Assembly: GCA_944359625.1 (NCBI GenBank) | Contig: CALVSW010000004.1 | Location: 30,000-93,999, forward strand | Reading direction: 5' to 3' | DNA from: an uncultured Bacilli bacterium | Lineage (GTDB): Bacteria > Bacillota_I > Bacilli_A > RF39 > UBA660 | DNA length: 64,000 nucleotides | Shown here: in pieces, positions 9,722 through 19,622 of the stretch | How positions within the stretch are numbered: the first letter of the stretch is position 1 | How the letters are laid out: each line of letters begins with the position of its first letter | The notes under the pieces: generated by a model | The model's input: only the letters and a program-made list of their open reading frames with translations | Databases searched by the model: none | What the model was told of the DNA's origin: nothing | Position numbers and translations under genes: made by a program

Positions 9722-12700
9722 ATGATAGATAATATAATTAAAGATTTAAATAGTATTATAGAATATACTATATATGAAAATATTAAATTAAATGATGAAA
9801 TGCAAGATAAGTTGAATAAAATAATTTTATATATGAATAATAGTAAAAATATAATTAAAGATTTAAATAGTATTATTGAAATTAGAAATAAAGAAAATAA
9901 AATATTTTTAGAAAGATATATAAGTATTATATTATCTAAAACTACCCTTTCTTTTTTAGATATTACTAAACTTCTTAAAACTAATATTTCCTTAAATATT
10001 AAATATATTTTATGGAATAAATTAAATAATAATAATAAAATAAATTATCTACTTAATAATAATATTGATAATGATGATATATCTTTAATAAATATATCTT
10101 TAAATAATAAAAATACTAAGTTATATCATAACATTATAAGTAATGAAGATATCTTAAAAAAATTAAAAGATCTTACTCCTAATATCAATATAATTAAGAT
10201 TGATGATTTTAATAACTTAAATATTTTAAAAGTTATGGATTCTAAAATAGTTAGTAAATATATTATGAAATATTATTATACTTATAATAACTTTAAAAAG
10301 TTAGTAAATAATAATCTAAATATTCTTAATTACGCTAGTAAATATAGTATTAAAATCGATAATATCGATAAAGAAGACTTAAATAAATTAGTATTAGAAT
10401 ACCCTCTTATATTAACTAAGTTAAATACTGATATAAGTATAAATAATTTAACTATTGATACATTAAATACTATTTTAAATAATAATCATGATTTAGATAT
10501 AAATAGTTGTATTAAAGAATTATTAACTATTATCGATAGTAATAATATCTATAAATATTTTAATTTAGATTTTATAAAACAACAAAAAGACTTTACTTTA
10601 AGTATTTATCCATTTGCTAAATTAGATAATAATTTAACTAAAGAAATTATTCATAATTATAATTTATTAAAGAAATTTACTTATAATACAATTGTTACTA
10701 TTATTAATAATTTATATATGGAAGAAGATAAAATAACGTTATTTAGAAATAATAATTTTATTGAAGAAATACCTAGTTATTATTTAGTTCAAATATTAAA
10801 TAATATGAATTTTAGAAATGTATTTAATTTATTACAAAATATTAACTTATTAAATAAGTTAGATAATTTAAATATTAAATTAAATATAGAAGATAATATT
10901 TTTATTAATAGTTATTTAGACTCTCCTACCTTAGTAAATATAAGTAATCCTAAAATGTTATATAATATGTTATTACTAAGTAATAATGTTATTAAATACT
11001 TAAATTTACCATATATAAATTCTAGATTAAATATATTAGATATAATAGATATTCTTGTTAACAAGAATATAAATATATTTAATAGTCCTTTACTAAATAA
11101 TTTTAAACCATTAGAAATTAAAAATTATATTAATAAGATGCTTAAAAAATATCATATTAATTATGATTTATTAATAAATGACTATGTCTTTAATAATATT
11201 TATAATTATAATAAAAATAAATTAACAAGTATGGATTTAGATAATCTTAAATACTTATTTGATAAAATATATACTAAAGGAATTAATACTTCTTCATGTT
11301 ATACAATAGACATTGATTCTTTTAAAAGTTTATTAAGTAGTTATATCTTATTAGGATTTGATAATACTAATAAACTATTTGAAAATGGAACTTATAATAT
11401 ATCATTTAAAAATATTAATAGTTTAAAAAATATATATGTAAAGAAATTTAAAAAAGATTTAAATTTATTAAGTGTTAAAAAAGTAAATAAATTATTTAGT
11501 AAATATTTATTAAAATTAGATAATAATGTAAAAGAAAACTTTTTAGAAAATTATTTACTAGATATCCCAGAAATAAAAAGTTATATTTTATTATTTAATA
11601 ATACTAAATATTCTAGTATTAAAGATACTATTAAATTATGTATGAATTATTTAGATTATAATAACTATAATAATGAAGTAGCTAATAATTTATTAACTAA
11701 TTTTATTAAGAATTTTAATAGTTATTATAAAGATAAATGGATATTAGAATTAAAAAATAGATTTGATAAAATAACGATAAAATCTTCTTTAATTAGTACT
11801 AATGTTTTATATCAAACAGAAAAAAATATTGATGAAGCTTATACTATTAAATTTAAATTAGATTTATTTAAAAAGTTTTTAAAATCTAATTATAAAGATA
11901 AGTATCAAGGATATTTTAATATTGATTTAAAAGATGTTATACCTAAATATTTAAAATATATAAAAACTAAAATTACTTTAGATGATATTATTAATAAAGT
12001 TTTAGTTGATACAGATATTAATAGTATTTTAAATAGTTTAAATATTAATACTCCAATATTTTATAATTTATATAAAGAAATAAATAAAGAAGAAGAATTA
12101 ATTACTAATTATAATAATATTCTTAAAAATAAATTAAAAAATATGCATAGTACTAGAGTGATTACTATTTTAAATTATATTTGTTATAATACTACTATTC
12201 CTTTTATAATAGATAATAAATTAAAAAAAGTTATTAAAAATATAAAAGATAAAATTAGTTCTTTTAATGGTAAAGTAGATGTTAATAAGTATAATAATAC
12301 TTTAGAATATACAAATATATTTACTTTTAATAATCTTAATGAATTAGAAGAATATGATTTAAAATATCAAAAGATAAATAATATTTTAGAAAAGACAAAT
12401 AAATTTATTGATAAATATATTAATACTATCGAAATAAAAGCTAAGTATAAAGATTATTATAAATACTCTTTAGATACATATTTAAGTATTATACCTGTTA
12501 ATAAAAATTATTATTCTTTAAAAAGAAGATATTTATATTTAGATGACTTTAAAAAAATATTTAATGGATATGACTTATCTATTAATCATTATTTAAGTAC
12601 TACTACTAAATCTTTCTTAGTAAATAACTTAGTATATGTAGCTTTAGGTTATGTAGATGATTTTACTAATAATTTTGGTTTAGCTTTAAATAAAATAGAT

Positions 12701-12748
12701 GATACTAAATTATATAATAATATCTATGAATTAGTAGTAAAAAACTAA
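9722..12748 (+). CDS. Large low-complexity N/K/I/L-rich hypothetical protein (1008 aa), no signal peptide
   Basis: Single continuous ORF starting 8 nt after the sortase-fusion gene. Contains internal sequence repeats (e.g. IIKDLNSIIE twice). No sorting signal at the C-terminus. Confidence 0.5.
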   Translation: MIDNIIKDLNSIIEYTIYENIKLNDEMQDKLNKIILYMNNSKNIIKDLNSIIEIRNKENKIFLERYISIILSKTTLSFLDITKLLKTNISLNIKYILWNKLNNNNKINYLLNNNIDNDDISLINISLNNKNTKLYHNIISNEDILKKLKDLTPNINIIKIDDFNNLNILKVMDSKIVSKYIMKYYYTYNNFKKLVNNNLNILNYASKYSIKIDNIDKEDLNKLVLEYPLILTKLNTDISINNLTIDTLNTILNNNHDLDINSCIKELLTIIDSNNIYKYFNLDFIKQQKDFTLSIYPFAKLDNNLTKEIIHNYNLLKKFTYNTIVTIINNLYMEEDKITLFRNNNFIEEIPSYYLVQILNNMNFRNVFNLLQNINLLNKLDNLNIKLNIEDNIFINSYLDSPTLVNISNPKMLYNMLLLSNNVIKYLNLPYINSRLNILDIIDILVNKNINIFNSPLLNNFKPLEIKNYINKMLKKYHINYDLLINDYVFNNIYNYNKNKLTSMDLDNLKYLFDKIYTKGINTSSCYTIDIDSFKSLLSSYILLGFDNTNKLFENGTYNISFKNINSLKNIYVKKFKKDLNLLSVKKVNKLFSKYLLKLDNNVKENFLENYLLDIPEIKSYILLFNNTKYSSIKDTIKLCMNYLDYNNYNNEVANNLLTNFIKNFNSYYKDKWILELKNRFDKITIKSSLISTNVLYQTEKNIDEAYTIKFKLDLFKKFLKSNYKDKYQGYFNIDLKDVIPKYLKYIKTKITLDDIINKVLVDTDINSILNSLNINTPIFYNLYKEINKEEELITNYNNILKNKLKNMHSTRVITILNYICYNTTIPFIIDNKLKKVIKNIKDKISSFNGKVDVNKYNNTLEYTNIFTFNNLNELEEYDLKYQKINNILEKTNKFIDKYINTIEIKAKYKDYYKYSLDTYLSIIPVNKNYYSLKRRYLYLDDFKKIFNGYDLSINHYLSTTTKSFLVNNLVYVALGYVDDFTNNFGLALNKIDDTKLYNNIYELVVKN

Positions 12749-12770
12749 TTATGTATATTATTAATAAATT

Positions 12771-12805
12771 AAAAGCCAGTTTAATTATCTAAACTAGCTT
12801 TTTTC
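12771..12805. terminator. Bidirectional rho-independent terminator between convergent genes
   Basis: AGCCAGTTTA-attatc-TAAACTAGCT (one mismatch) flanked by A-run upstream and T-run downstream. Confidence 0.5.
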
Positions 12806-13219
12806 ATACTCATTAATTGCTTTAATAATACCTTTCCAAGGAAGTATGGCACAAATTTTTCGATTTGGTTGTTTATAAATATCACTAAAAGCTTGGGCAT
12901 CACCTAAAATATTATTTAAATTACCATTTTCTAACATTTCCTCATAATTATTATATAATTCTTTTACTTCAGAAATTGTTTTATTCTGAAGTAACTTAGT
13001 CATAATAGAAGCAGCAGAAGTTGCAATAGCGCATGCTTCCCCATCAAATTTAATATCTTTAATTATATTATCTTCTATTAAGACATAAATATCTAAATTA
13101 TCAATACAAGATACATTATTTGTATTAGCTTTAATATAATTAGAATCACTAGGAATCTCTTTATTACTAGGATTCATATAATTATCTAAAATAGTTTTTC
13201 TTTTTAATTCATTATCCAT
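12794..13219 (-). CDS. sufU: SufU/NifU-type Fe-S cluster assembly scaffold
   Basis: DGEACAIATSAAS block with the conserved Cys. Lies immediately downstream of a cysteine desulfurase. Confidence 0.8.
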   Translation of the reverse strand: MDNELKRKTILDNYMNPSNKEIPSDSNYIKANTNNVSCIDNLDIYVLIEDNIIKDIKFDGEACAIATSAASIMTKLLQNKTISEVKELYNNYEEMLENGNLNNILGDAQAFSDIYKQPNRKICAILPWKGIIKAINEYEKS

Positions 13220-14416
13220 TTATATCATCTCTTTTAATATTTTATCTTTATCTTTAAGTAATTCAATTACTCTATCAATTTCTTCTTTAGTATTATAAAA
13301 ATATAAACTAATTCGACAAGTATTTTTAACTCCTACTTCATCTTTTAATATTTTAGCACAATGGTTTCCTGCTCTAATACAAATATTATATTTATCTAAA
13401 TAAACAGCAACATCTTGCGAAAATATTCCTTCAACATTAAACGTTATAATACCACTATCAGCTTCTAAATTAATTATATCGATATGCTTAAGGGTTAAAA
13501 GTTTATCTATAAAGTAATTTCTTAAAGATAATTCATAATCATGAATATTTTTTAAACCAATATTATTTATATATCTTATTGCTTCTCCTAAACCTAAAAC
13601 ACCTGCTATATTAGGAGTACCAGCTTCTAATCTTGTTGGTAAAGGTTTTAAATAAACATCTTCAATTGAATCAAAAGATTCATTCATTCCCCCACCTAAA
13701 TTAATAGGTTCTAATTCTTCTAATAATTCTTTTTTACCATATAAAACGCCTACTCCCGTTGGACCACACATTTTATGAGCAGAAAAAGCTAAGAAGTCAC
13801 AATCTAAATCTTGAACATCAGTAGGAATATGACCAATACTTTGAGCAGCATCAACAACAACAAATATTCCTCTTTCATGAGCAATCTTACATATTTCTTT
13901 AATTGGTCTAATATCACCAATAACATTAGTAATATGAGCTAAACTAATTACTTTAGTATTAGGAGTAATAGCTTTTAATACATTAGCAATTGTTACATAA
14001 TAATTATTATCTAATTCAATATAATTTACTTGTAAATTTAATTCTTTAGCTAATCTAAACCATGGTAATACATTTGAAGCATGTTCTGACTTAGTTATTA
14101 ATATTTCATCATTAGGTTCTAAAATATTACTAAAAAAACCTGTTACTATATAATTTAAAGATTCAGTTGCTCCACTAGTAAAAATAATTTCACTACGATC
14201 TTTAGCATTAATAAAATCTTTAACTAAGTTTCTAACTAATTCATACTCAGTATCAACTTTTAAAGATATTTTGTAATCACCACGATGAGCATTAGCATTA
14301 TATTCAGTATAATATTCATCCATTTTTTTAATAACACTTAAAGGTTTTTGCGTAGTTGCCCCATTATCTAAATATATAATATCGTTACAAAAAAATGGAA
14401 AATTTTCACGGTGCAT
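13220..14416 (-). CDS. sufS: Cysteine desulfurase (class V aminotransferase, SufS/Csd type)
   Basis: SAHKMCGPTGVGVLYG (PLP-lysine region) and catalytic-Cys region GNHCA. Length about 400 aa. Confidence 0.85.
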   Translation of the reverse strand: MHRENFPFFCNDIIYLDNGATTQKPLSVIKKMDEYYTEYNANAHRGDYKISLKVDTEYELVRNLVKDFINAKDRSEIIFTSGATESLNYIVTGFFSNILEPNDEILITKSEHASNVLPWFRLAKELNLQVNYIELDNNYYVTIANVLKAITPNTKVISLAHITNVIGDIRPIKEICKIAHERGIFVVVDAAQSIGHIPTDVQDLDCDFLAFSAHKMCGPTGVGVLYGKKELLEELEPINLGGGMNESFDSIEDVYLKPLPTRLEAGTPNIAGVLGLGEAIRYINNIGLKNIHDYELSLRNYFIDKLLTLKHIDIINLEADSGIITFNVEGIFSQDVAVYLDKYNICIRAGNHCAKILKDEVGVKNTCRISLYFYNTKEEIDRVIELLKDKDKILKEMI

Positions 14417-14565
14417 ATATTCACCTCCTAATTTATAACTCTACTTTTATTAATATTCTATTCTTGATAATAATATATACATATTGTATTTGCCCCAAGA
14501 AATAAGAAAATTATCGTTATAATTATAACACCAATTATAATCCTAAGCAAATTTTAAAAAATTTC

Positions 14566-14594
14566 TTGAACTATTTACCAATTTATTATATAAT
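14566..14594 (+). promoter_or_regulatory. Sigma-A-type promoter for the tRNA gene
   Basis: TTGAAC-N17-TATAAT with the -10 element about 20 nt upstream of the tRNA 5' end. Confidence 0.5.
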
Positions 14595-14614
14595 CTTAGT
14601 TGTAATCCAGTTAT

Positions 14615-14691
14615 GTCTCCATAGCTCAGCTGGATAGAGCATACGCCTTCTAAGCGTACGGTCGAGTGTTCGAATCACTCTGGGGACACCA
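14615..14691 (+). tRNA. tRNA-Arg (anticodon TCT)
   Basis: Cloverleaf folded by hand. Acceptor stem GTCTCCA/TGGGGAC, D-arm GCTC...GAGC, anticodon loop CT-TCT-AA, T-arm GAGTG-TTCGAAT-CACTC, encoded CCA. Confidence 0.85.
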
Positions 14692-14700
14692 TTAGATATT

Positions 14701-14730
14701 AAAGAGCTTTATAGCTCTTTTATTTTGTTT
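14701..14730 (+). terminator. Rho-independent terminator after tRNA-Arg
   Basis: AAAGAGCT-ttat-AGCTCTTT followed by TATTTTGTTT. Confidence 0.6.
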
Positions 14731-14762
14731 ATATGATATAATTAACCTATTAAGAGGTTTTT

Positions 14763-15458
14763 ATGGAATTAGTTATTGAAAATTTAAAAAAGAGTTTTAA
14801 ACAAAACGAAGTATTAAAAGATATTAATTTTACGTTTCAAGAAGGTAAAATTTATGGACTTCTAGGACGTAATGGTGCTGGTAAAACTACTCTCTTTAAC
14901 TGTTTAAATGAAGACATTGATATAGATAATGGAAACTTTTATTTAGTAGATAACTCTTTAAAAAAAGATATTGAACCAAATGATATTGGTTATGTATTAT
15001 CCACTCCTAATGTACCAGAATTTTTAACAGGAAGAGAGTTTACTAAATTTTTTATAGATATTAATAAAGATCGAATTAAAGATTTAAAAACTATTGATGA
15101 ATACTTTGATTTTATGAAAATAGATGTAAATGATCGTGATAAATTACTAAAAGATTATTCTCATGGAATGAAAAATAAAATGCAAATGCTAGTTAATATT
15201 ATTGCTAGTCCTAAAATTCTATTATTTGATGAACCATTAACTTCTTTTGACGTAGTTGTATCTGAAGAAATGAAAGAAATGTTAAGAAGTATTAAAAATA
15301 ATCATATTATTATTTTTTCTACTCATATTATGGAATTAGCTTTAGATTTATGTGATGAAATTGTCATTTTAAATAAAGGTATATTAACGGAAATAAAAAA
15401 AGATAATTTAGATAATAATAATTTTAAAAATAAGATTATAGAAGCTTTAAAGGAGTAA
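14763..15458 (+). CDS. ABC transporter ATP-binding protein
   Basis: Walker A GRNGAGKTT, Walker B ILLFDEP. Signature motif present but degenerate (SHGMKNK). Confidence 0.8.
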   Translation: MELVIENLKKSFKQNEVLKDINFTFQEGKIYGLLGRNGAGKTTLFNCLNEDIDIDNGNFYLVDNSLKKDIEPNDIGYVLSTPNVPEFLTGREFTKFFIDINKDRIKDLKTIDEYFDFMKIDVNDRDKLLKDYSHGMKNKMQMLVNIIASPKILLFDEPLTSFDVVVSEEMKEMLRSIKNNHIIIFSTHIMELALDLCDEIVILNKGILTEIKKDNLDNNNFKNKIIEALKE

Positions 15459-15461
15459 GAA

Positions 15462-17030
15462 ATGATAAGCACATTTTTAAAAGCATTTAATTTAAAAAAT
15501 ACTTATCAAGTTAATAGTATTATTTATTCAATAAGTCAATTACCTTTAATAGGTAAATTATTACCTAATAGTTTATATAAAAATAAAATTATTAAAATTA
15601 TAGCTTATGTATTAAGTATTATTTGGAATATAGTTCTTATATTCTTAGGAAAATATATTTATGTACTCTTAATGATTTATATCGTAGCTTTATCTTATAA
15701 TAGTAATAATGATAATATCTTCTTAAATATTTTTATCTTTTTAAGTATAATAGGTGGTTTATTAAACACTTACTTATTAGAACCTAGTAAAGATGCATAT
15801 TATGCGATTAATATATTAAAGTTTAATGCTAAAGAATATGGATTAAGTAATTATTTTTATAAATTATTTACTACGATAATTGGTTTTTTACCATTTACTA
15901 TTTATTTTGGTTTCGAACTTAATATAAAATTATATATACTTATTTTATTACCATTTTATATAGTATCTTTAAAACTTATTGTTATGAATATTATAATTAA
16001 TAAATTTAAGAAAAAAAGAAAATTAATAAGGACAGAATATCTTAGTAATAAAGTAATATGGCCAATTATAATTCTTTGTTTAATTAGTGCTTATTTATTA
16101 CCTTTATTTAATATATGTATTAATATAAAAATATTTAATTATCTTTTTATAATTAGTTTAATATTAGGTATTTATAGTTTTCTAAAAATATATTATTTTA
16201 ATGATTATAAAAGGATGTATAATTCAATATTAACCGAAAAAAATATTGCTATTAATACAACAAATATAATCAAAGATAATAGTTTAAAACAAATTAAATT
16301 AGATAAAAATTATGTTAGTAAGAAAAATGGCTTTGCCTTTTTTCATGATTTATTTGTTAAAAGACATAAAAAAATATTAATGGATGCGATTATTAAACAG
16401 ACAATTGTTATAATATTTATAATTATATTTGCTATTTATTTAGTTACAACAAATGATTTTATAAAAGAAAATGTTCATGAATTTTTACTTGATTCCCTAC
16501 CTTATTTTACTTTTATAATGTATTGTATTAATCGAAGTTCAACCGTTACCCAAGCAATGTTTATTAATTGTGATCATAGTATGCTTACTTATCGTATTTA
16601 TAGAACGCCTCAAGTAATATTAGGAATCTTTAAAGAACGTTTAAAAACTTTAATAAAATTAAATATTATTCCGGCTTTATTTATTAGTTTAGGGCTTGAT
16701 ATATTATTATACTTATCTGGAGGAACAAATAATAATTTAAACTATTTAGTAATTATAATATCGATAAGTTCAATGGCAATATTCTTTTGTGTCCATTACT
16801 TAGTAATGTATTATATATTACAACCATATAATATAAATACCGAAATAAAAAGTAGTAGTTATAAAATTATTCAAATTGCTACTTACTTTATATGTTATTA
16901 TATGATGATGATTAAATTACCTACTTTTGTTTTTTGTTTAAATTCTATTATCTTTTGTATAGGATACTCTTTAATTTCTTTACTACTTGTCTATAAATTA
17001 GCTCCTAAAACTTTTAAATTAAAAATATAA
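15462..17030 (+). CDS. Polytopic membrane protein, putative permease partner of the upstream ABC ATPase
   Basis: Start 4 nt after the ATPase stop. 10 or more predicted TM helices. No family signature recognised. Confidence 0.5.
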   Translation: MISTFLKAFNLKNTYQVNSIIYSISQLPLIGKLLPNSLYKNKIIKIIAYVLSIIWNIVLIFLGKYIYVLLMIYIVALSYNSNNDNIFLNIFIFLSIIGGLLNTYLLEPSKDAYYAINILKFNAKEYGLSNYFYKLFTTIIGFLPFTIYFGFELNIKLYILILLPFYIVSLKLIVMNIIINKFKKKRKLIRTEYLSNKVIWPIIILCLISAYLLPLFNICINIKIFNYLFIISLILGIYSFLKIYYFNDYKRMYNSILTEKNIAINTTNIIKDNSLKQIKLDKNYVSKKNGFAFFHDLFVKRHKKILMDAIIKQTIVIIFIIIFAIYLVTTNDFIKENVHEFLLDSLPYFTFIMYCINRSSTVTQAMFINCDHSMLTYRIYRTPQVILGIFKERLKTLIKLNIIPALFISLGLDILLYLSGGTNNNLNYLVIIISISSMAIFFCVHYLVMYYILQPYNINTEIKSSSYKIIQIATYFICYYMMMIKLPTFVFCLNSIIFCIGYSLISLLLVYKLAPKTFKLKI

Positions 17031-17031
17031 A

Positions 17032-17107
17032 AATGCACCATCATAGTGCAAAACTAGGTCTTAAAATAGTAAAAATGCACAATATTTTCAAAATATTGTG
17101 CATTTTT
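17032..17107. repeat. ~75-bp direct repeat, copy 1, containing two hairpins
   Basis: atgcaccatcatagtgcaaaactaggtcttaaaatagtaaaaatgcacaatattttCaaaatattgtgcattttta. Internal palindromes TGCAC...GTGCA and AAAAATGCACAATATTTT/AAAATATTGTGCATTTTT. Confidence 0.8.
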
Positions 17108-17145
17108 ATATTTATTTTGTTATAATCTAAATAGAGGTGAACAAA

Positions 17146-18213
17146 ATGGAAACAGTAAAAATTAATGAATTACCTATTAATTATAATATGGATAAAGAGT
17201 TATTACGCTTACTTGCAGATGCTAATGAAATATATGGTGAATATAAATCAAAATTAAAAAATAGTAAAATAAATTCTAAACTTTTTTTAGATTCTCTTAT
17301 TTTAAAAGAAAGTTTTAAATCTACTCAAATTGAAGGAACTCAAATTTCTCAGGATGATATATATTATTTAAAATATATGCCTAAAACTGACGAAAACTTA
17401 GAAATTCAAAATTTAAAAATGGTAATTGATTATGCTAAAAATTATTTAAAAGAAAATAATAAAATCAATTTAGAATTTATAAATAAAATTCATAAAATTC
17501 TATTAAATAGTGTTCGTGGTAATGAAAAAGAACCTGGTAAAATACGTAGTATTCAAAATTGGATTGGACCAAGAGGATGTACAATTGAGGAAGCTAGTTA
17601 TATTCCTCCATCACCAGAAAAAGTTCCTATTTTATTAGATAATTTATTTAAATACATGAATGATTTATATGCGGATCCCCTATTTATAAATATGGCTATT
17701 TCCCATTGTCAATTTGAATCAATTCATGCTTATAGAGATGGTAATGGAAGATTAGGGAGAGCTTTAATCCCAATCCAATTGGCAGCTTTAACAAATGAAG
17801 AACCTATTTTATTCTTATCTGAAGTTATAGAACTTTATAAACCAACTTATTATCGTTTATTAAACGAAAGCCGTAACGGAAATATATTAGGATTTATTAA
17901 ATTCTTTTTACAATGTATTATTGAACAATGTAATAGTTATGTAAATAAAATAAATCGTATTGAACAAATATATGAAAAGAATAACGAAAAAATAAAAATA
18001 TTAAAAAGTAGTGCTGTATATCAAATAATGCCTATTATTACTAAATTAGTAATTTTTACAAAAAAGGAGATAGAAGAAGAATCTAAGTTATCAAGGAATA
18101 CCGTTTCTAGAATTATTGATAAATTAGTAGAACTTAATATTTTAGTTCCTGATACTAATCATATAAAACTTGGTTATCGTTATCAAGAAATATATAACGT
18201 ATTTATTAAATAA
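17146..18213 (+). CDS. Fic-family protein (AMPylator type) with N-terminal inhibitory motif, i.e. class II Fic
   Basis: HAYRDGNGRLGRAL fits the Fic motif HxFx(D/E)GNGRxxR. Upstream STQIEG fits the [ST]xxxE[GN] inhibitory helix motif. Likely start ATG 17146 (METVKINEL) with AGAGGTG RBS; the ORF-track GTG at 17137 is less likely. Confidence 0.8.
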   Translation: METVKINELPINYNMDKELLRLLADANEIYGEYKSKLKNSKINSKLFLDSLILKESFKSTQIEGTQISQDDIYYLKYMPKTDENLEIQNLKMVIDYAKNYLKENNKINLEFINKIHKILLNSVRGNEKEPGKIRSIQNWIGPRGCTIEEASYIPPSPEKVPILLDNLFKYMNDLYADPLFINMAISHCQFESIHAYRDGNGRLGRALIPIQLAALTNEEPILFLSEVIELYKPTYYRLLNESRNGNILGFIKFFLQCIIEQCNSYVNKINRIEQIYEKNNEKIKILKSSAVYQIMPIITKLVIFTKKEIEEESKLSRNTVSRIIDKLVELNILVPDTNHIKLGYRYQEIYNVFIK

Positions 18214-18288
18214 TGCACCATCATAGTGCAAAACTAGGTCTTAAAATAGTAAAAATGCACAATATTTTGAAAATATTGTGCATTTTTT
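18212..18288. repeat. ~75-bp direct repeat, copy 2 (one mismatch to copy 1)
   Basis: Same sequence as 17032-17107 except C to G in the hairpin loop centre. Begins at the fic stop codon. Confidence 0.8.
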
Positions 18289-18874
18289 AAACAGTAACCT
18301 CTTCTTTAACTGTATTTTCTTTATATATTGATTGAAATAAATCAGTTTCATCATTATCTACTTCATCACTAGGAAGCTTAGGTAAATCATTAATTGTTGC
18401 TAAACCAAAGTAATCAAGAAAATCACTAGTTGTTCCATATAAATTAGGACGACCAGGCATTGTTGATTTTCCAACTTCTTTTACTAAACCTTTAGCTACT
18501 AATTTTCTAATTACCCAAGAATTATTAACACCACGCATTTCATCTACTTCTACACGGGTAATTGGCTGATGATAAGCAATAATGGCTAAAGTTTCTAAAG
18601 CTGATTGGGATAAAGTATTAGTTTCTGGGTTAACTATAAGTTTTTCATAATAAGCTTTATGTTCTTTTTTTGTTGTTAATTTAAAAGCATTACCTAAATA
18701 ACTAATTCTTATTCCTCTACTAGTATCTTCATAAGACTTCTTTAATTCCATTAATAATTCTTTTGCATCTTCCATACCTATTTCTAAAATATTACATATT
18801 TGGTCTAAAGTTAATCCTTCATCACCAACAACAAATAATAAACCTTCTAAAACAGCAATTTTATTATCCTTCAT
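18287..18874 (-). CDS. scpB: Segregation and condensation protein B
   Basis: Length, ScpB-like N-terminus (LEGLLFVVGDEGLTL) and position overlapping scpA. Confidence 0.8.
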   Translation of the reverse strand: MKDNKIAVLEGLLFVVGDEGLTLDQICNILEIGMEDAKELLMELKKSYEDTSRGIRISYLGNAFKLTTKKEHKAYYEKLIVNPETNTLSQSALETLAIIAYHQPITRVEVDEMRGVNNSWVIRKLVAKGLVKEVGKSTMPGRPNLYGTTSDFLDYFGLATINDLPKLPSDEVDNDETDLFQSIYKENTVKEEVTV

Positions 18875-19622
18875 TTAAAACACCTTCTACTATAATAGGA
18901 CTATAACTATTTTCCTGAAATATCTTTAATTCTTTATTTTTACTCATTTGTAAGATAGCTAAAAAAGTAACAACAATATATTCTCTATTAACAATATCAA
19001 ATAAACTAAAAAATTCTAATTTCTTATTAACTTTAATAAGTTCTTTTATAGAATTTATACGATCTTCAACACTTAATTCTTTTTTAGTAATCTTAGTATT
19101 AAGAGGCTTTAAAAATTTAGCTCTTTTTTGATATTCTAATAAAGCTTGATATAAATCATCAGTTGTAAATAAACCTTTAATAAGTTTATTATCTTTAGAA
19201 TAAACTTTTAAATTTTCTGGTACTTTAGTATATACTTCACTTCTTTTTTCTTCTAAATCTTTAAAAGTATTAGTAATATTTTTAATTTCTTCATACTCAA
19301 TTAATTTATTTCTTAAATCCTCTTCACTATTAATACTAAATTCTTCTTCACTACTAACCTCTTCATCTGGTCTATTTACTAATAAACGTGCTTTTAAATT
19401 AACTAATTCAGCAGCCATTACTAAATAACTTGAGGCAATATCAATATTTAAAGATTCAAAATTATTGATAATATCTAAATACTGATTAATTATCTCACTG
19501 ATATTAATTTCATAAATATCCATTTTTGATTGTTTAACTAAATGTAAAAGAAGATCTAGAGGACCTTCAAAATCATTTATATGAAAATTATAATTCATAA
19601 TTTTCCCCCTTATTAATGACAA
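18864..19622 (-). CDS. scpA: Segregation and condensation protein A
   Basis: FEGPLDLLLHLVKQSKMDIYEINISEI is the typical ScpA N-terminus. Confidence 0.8.
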   Translation of the reverse strand: MSLIRGKIMNYNFHINDFEGPLDLLLHLVKQSKMDIYEINISEIINQYLDIINNFESLNIDIASSYLVMAAELVNLKARLLVNRPDEEVSSEEEFSINSEEDLRNKLIEYEEIKNITNTFKDLEEKRSEVYTKVPENLKVYSKDNKLIKGLFTTDDLYQALLEYQKRAKFLKPLNTKITKKELSVEDRINSIKELIKVNKKLEFFSLFDIVNREYIVVTFLAILQMSKNKELKIFQENSYSPIIVEGVLNEG

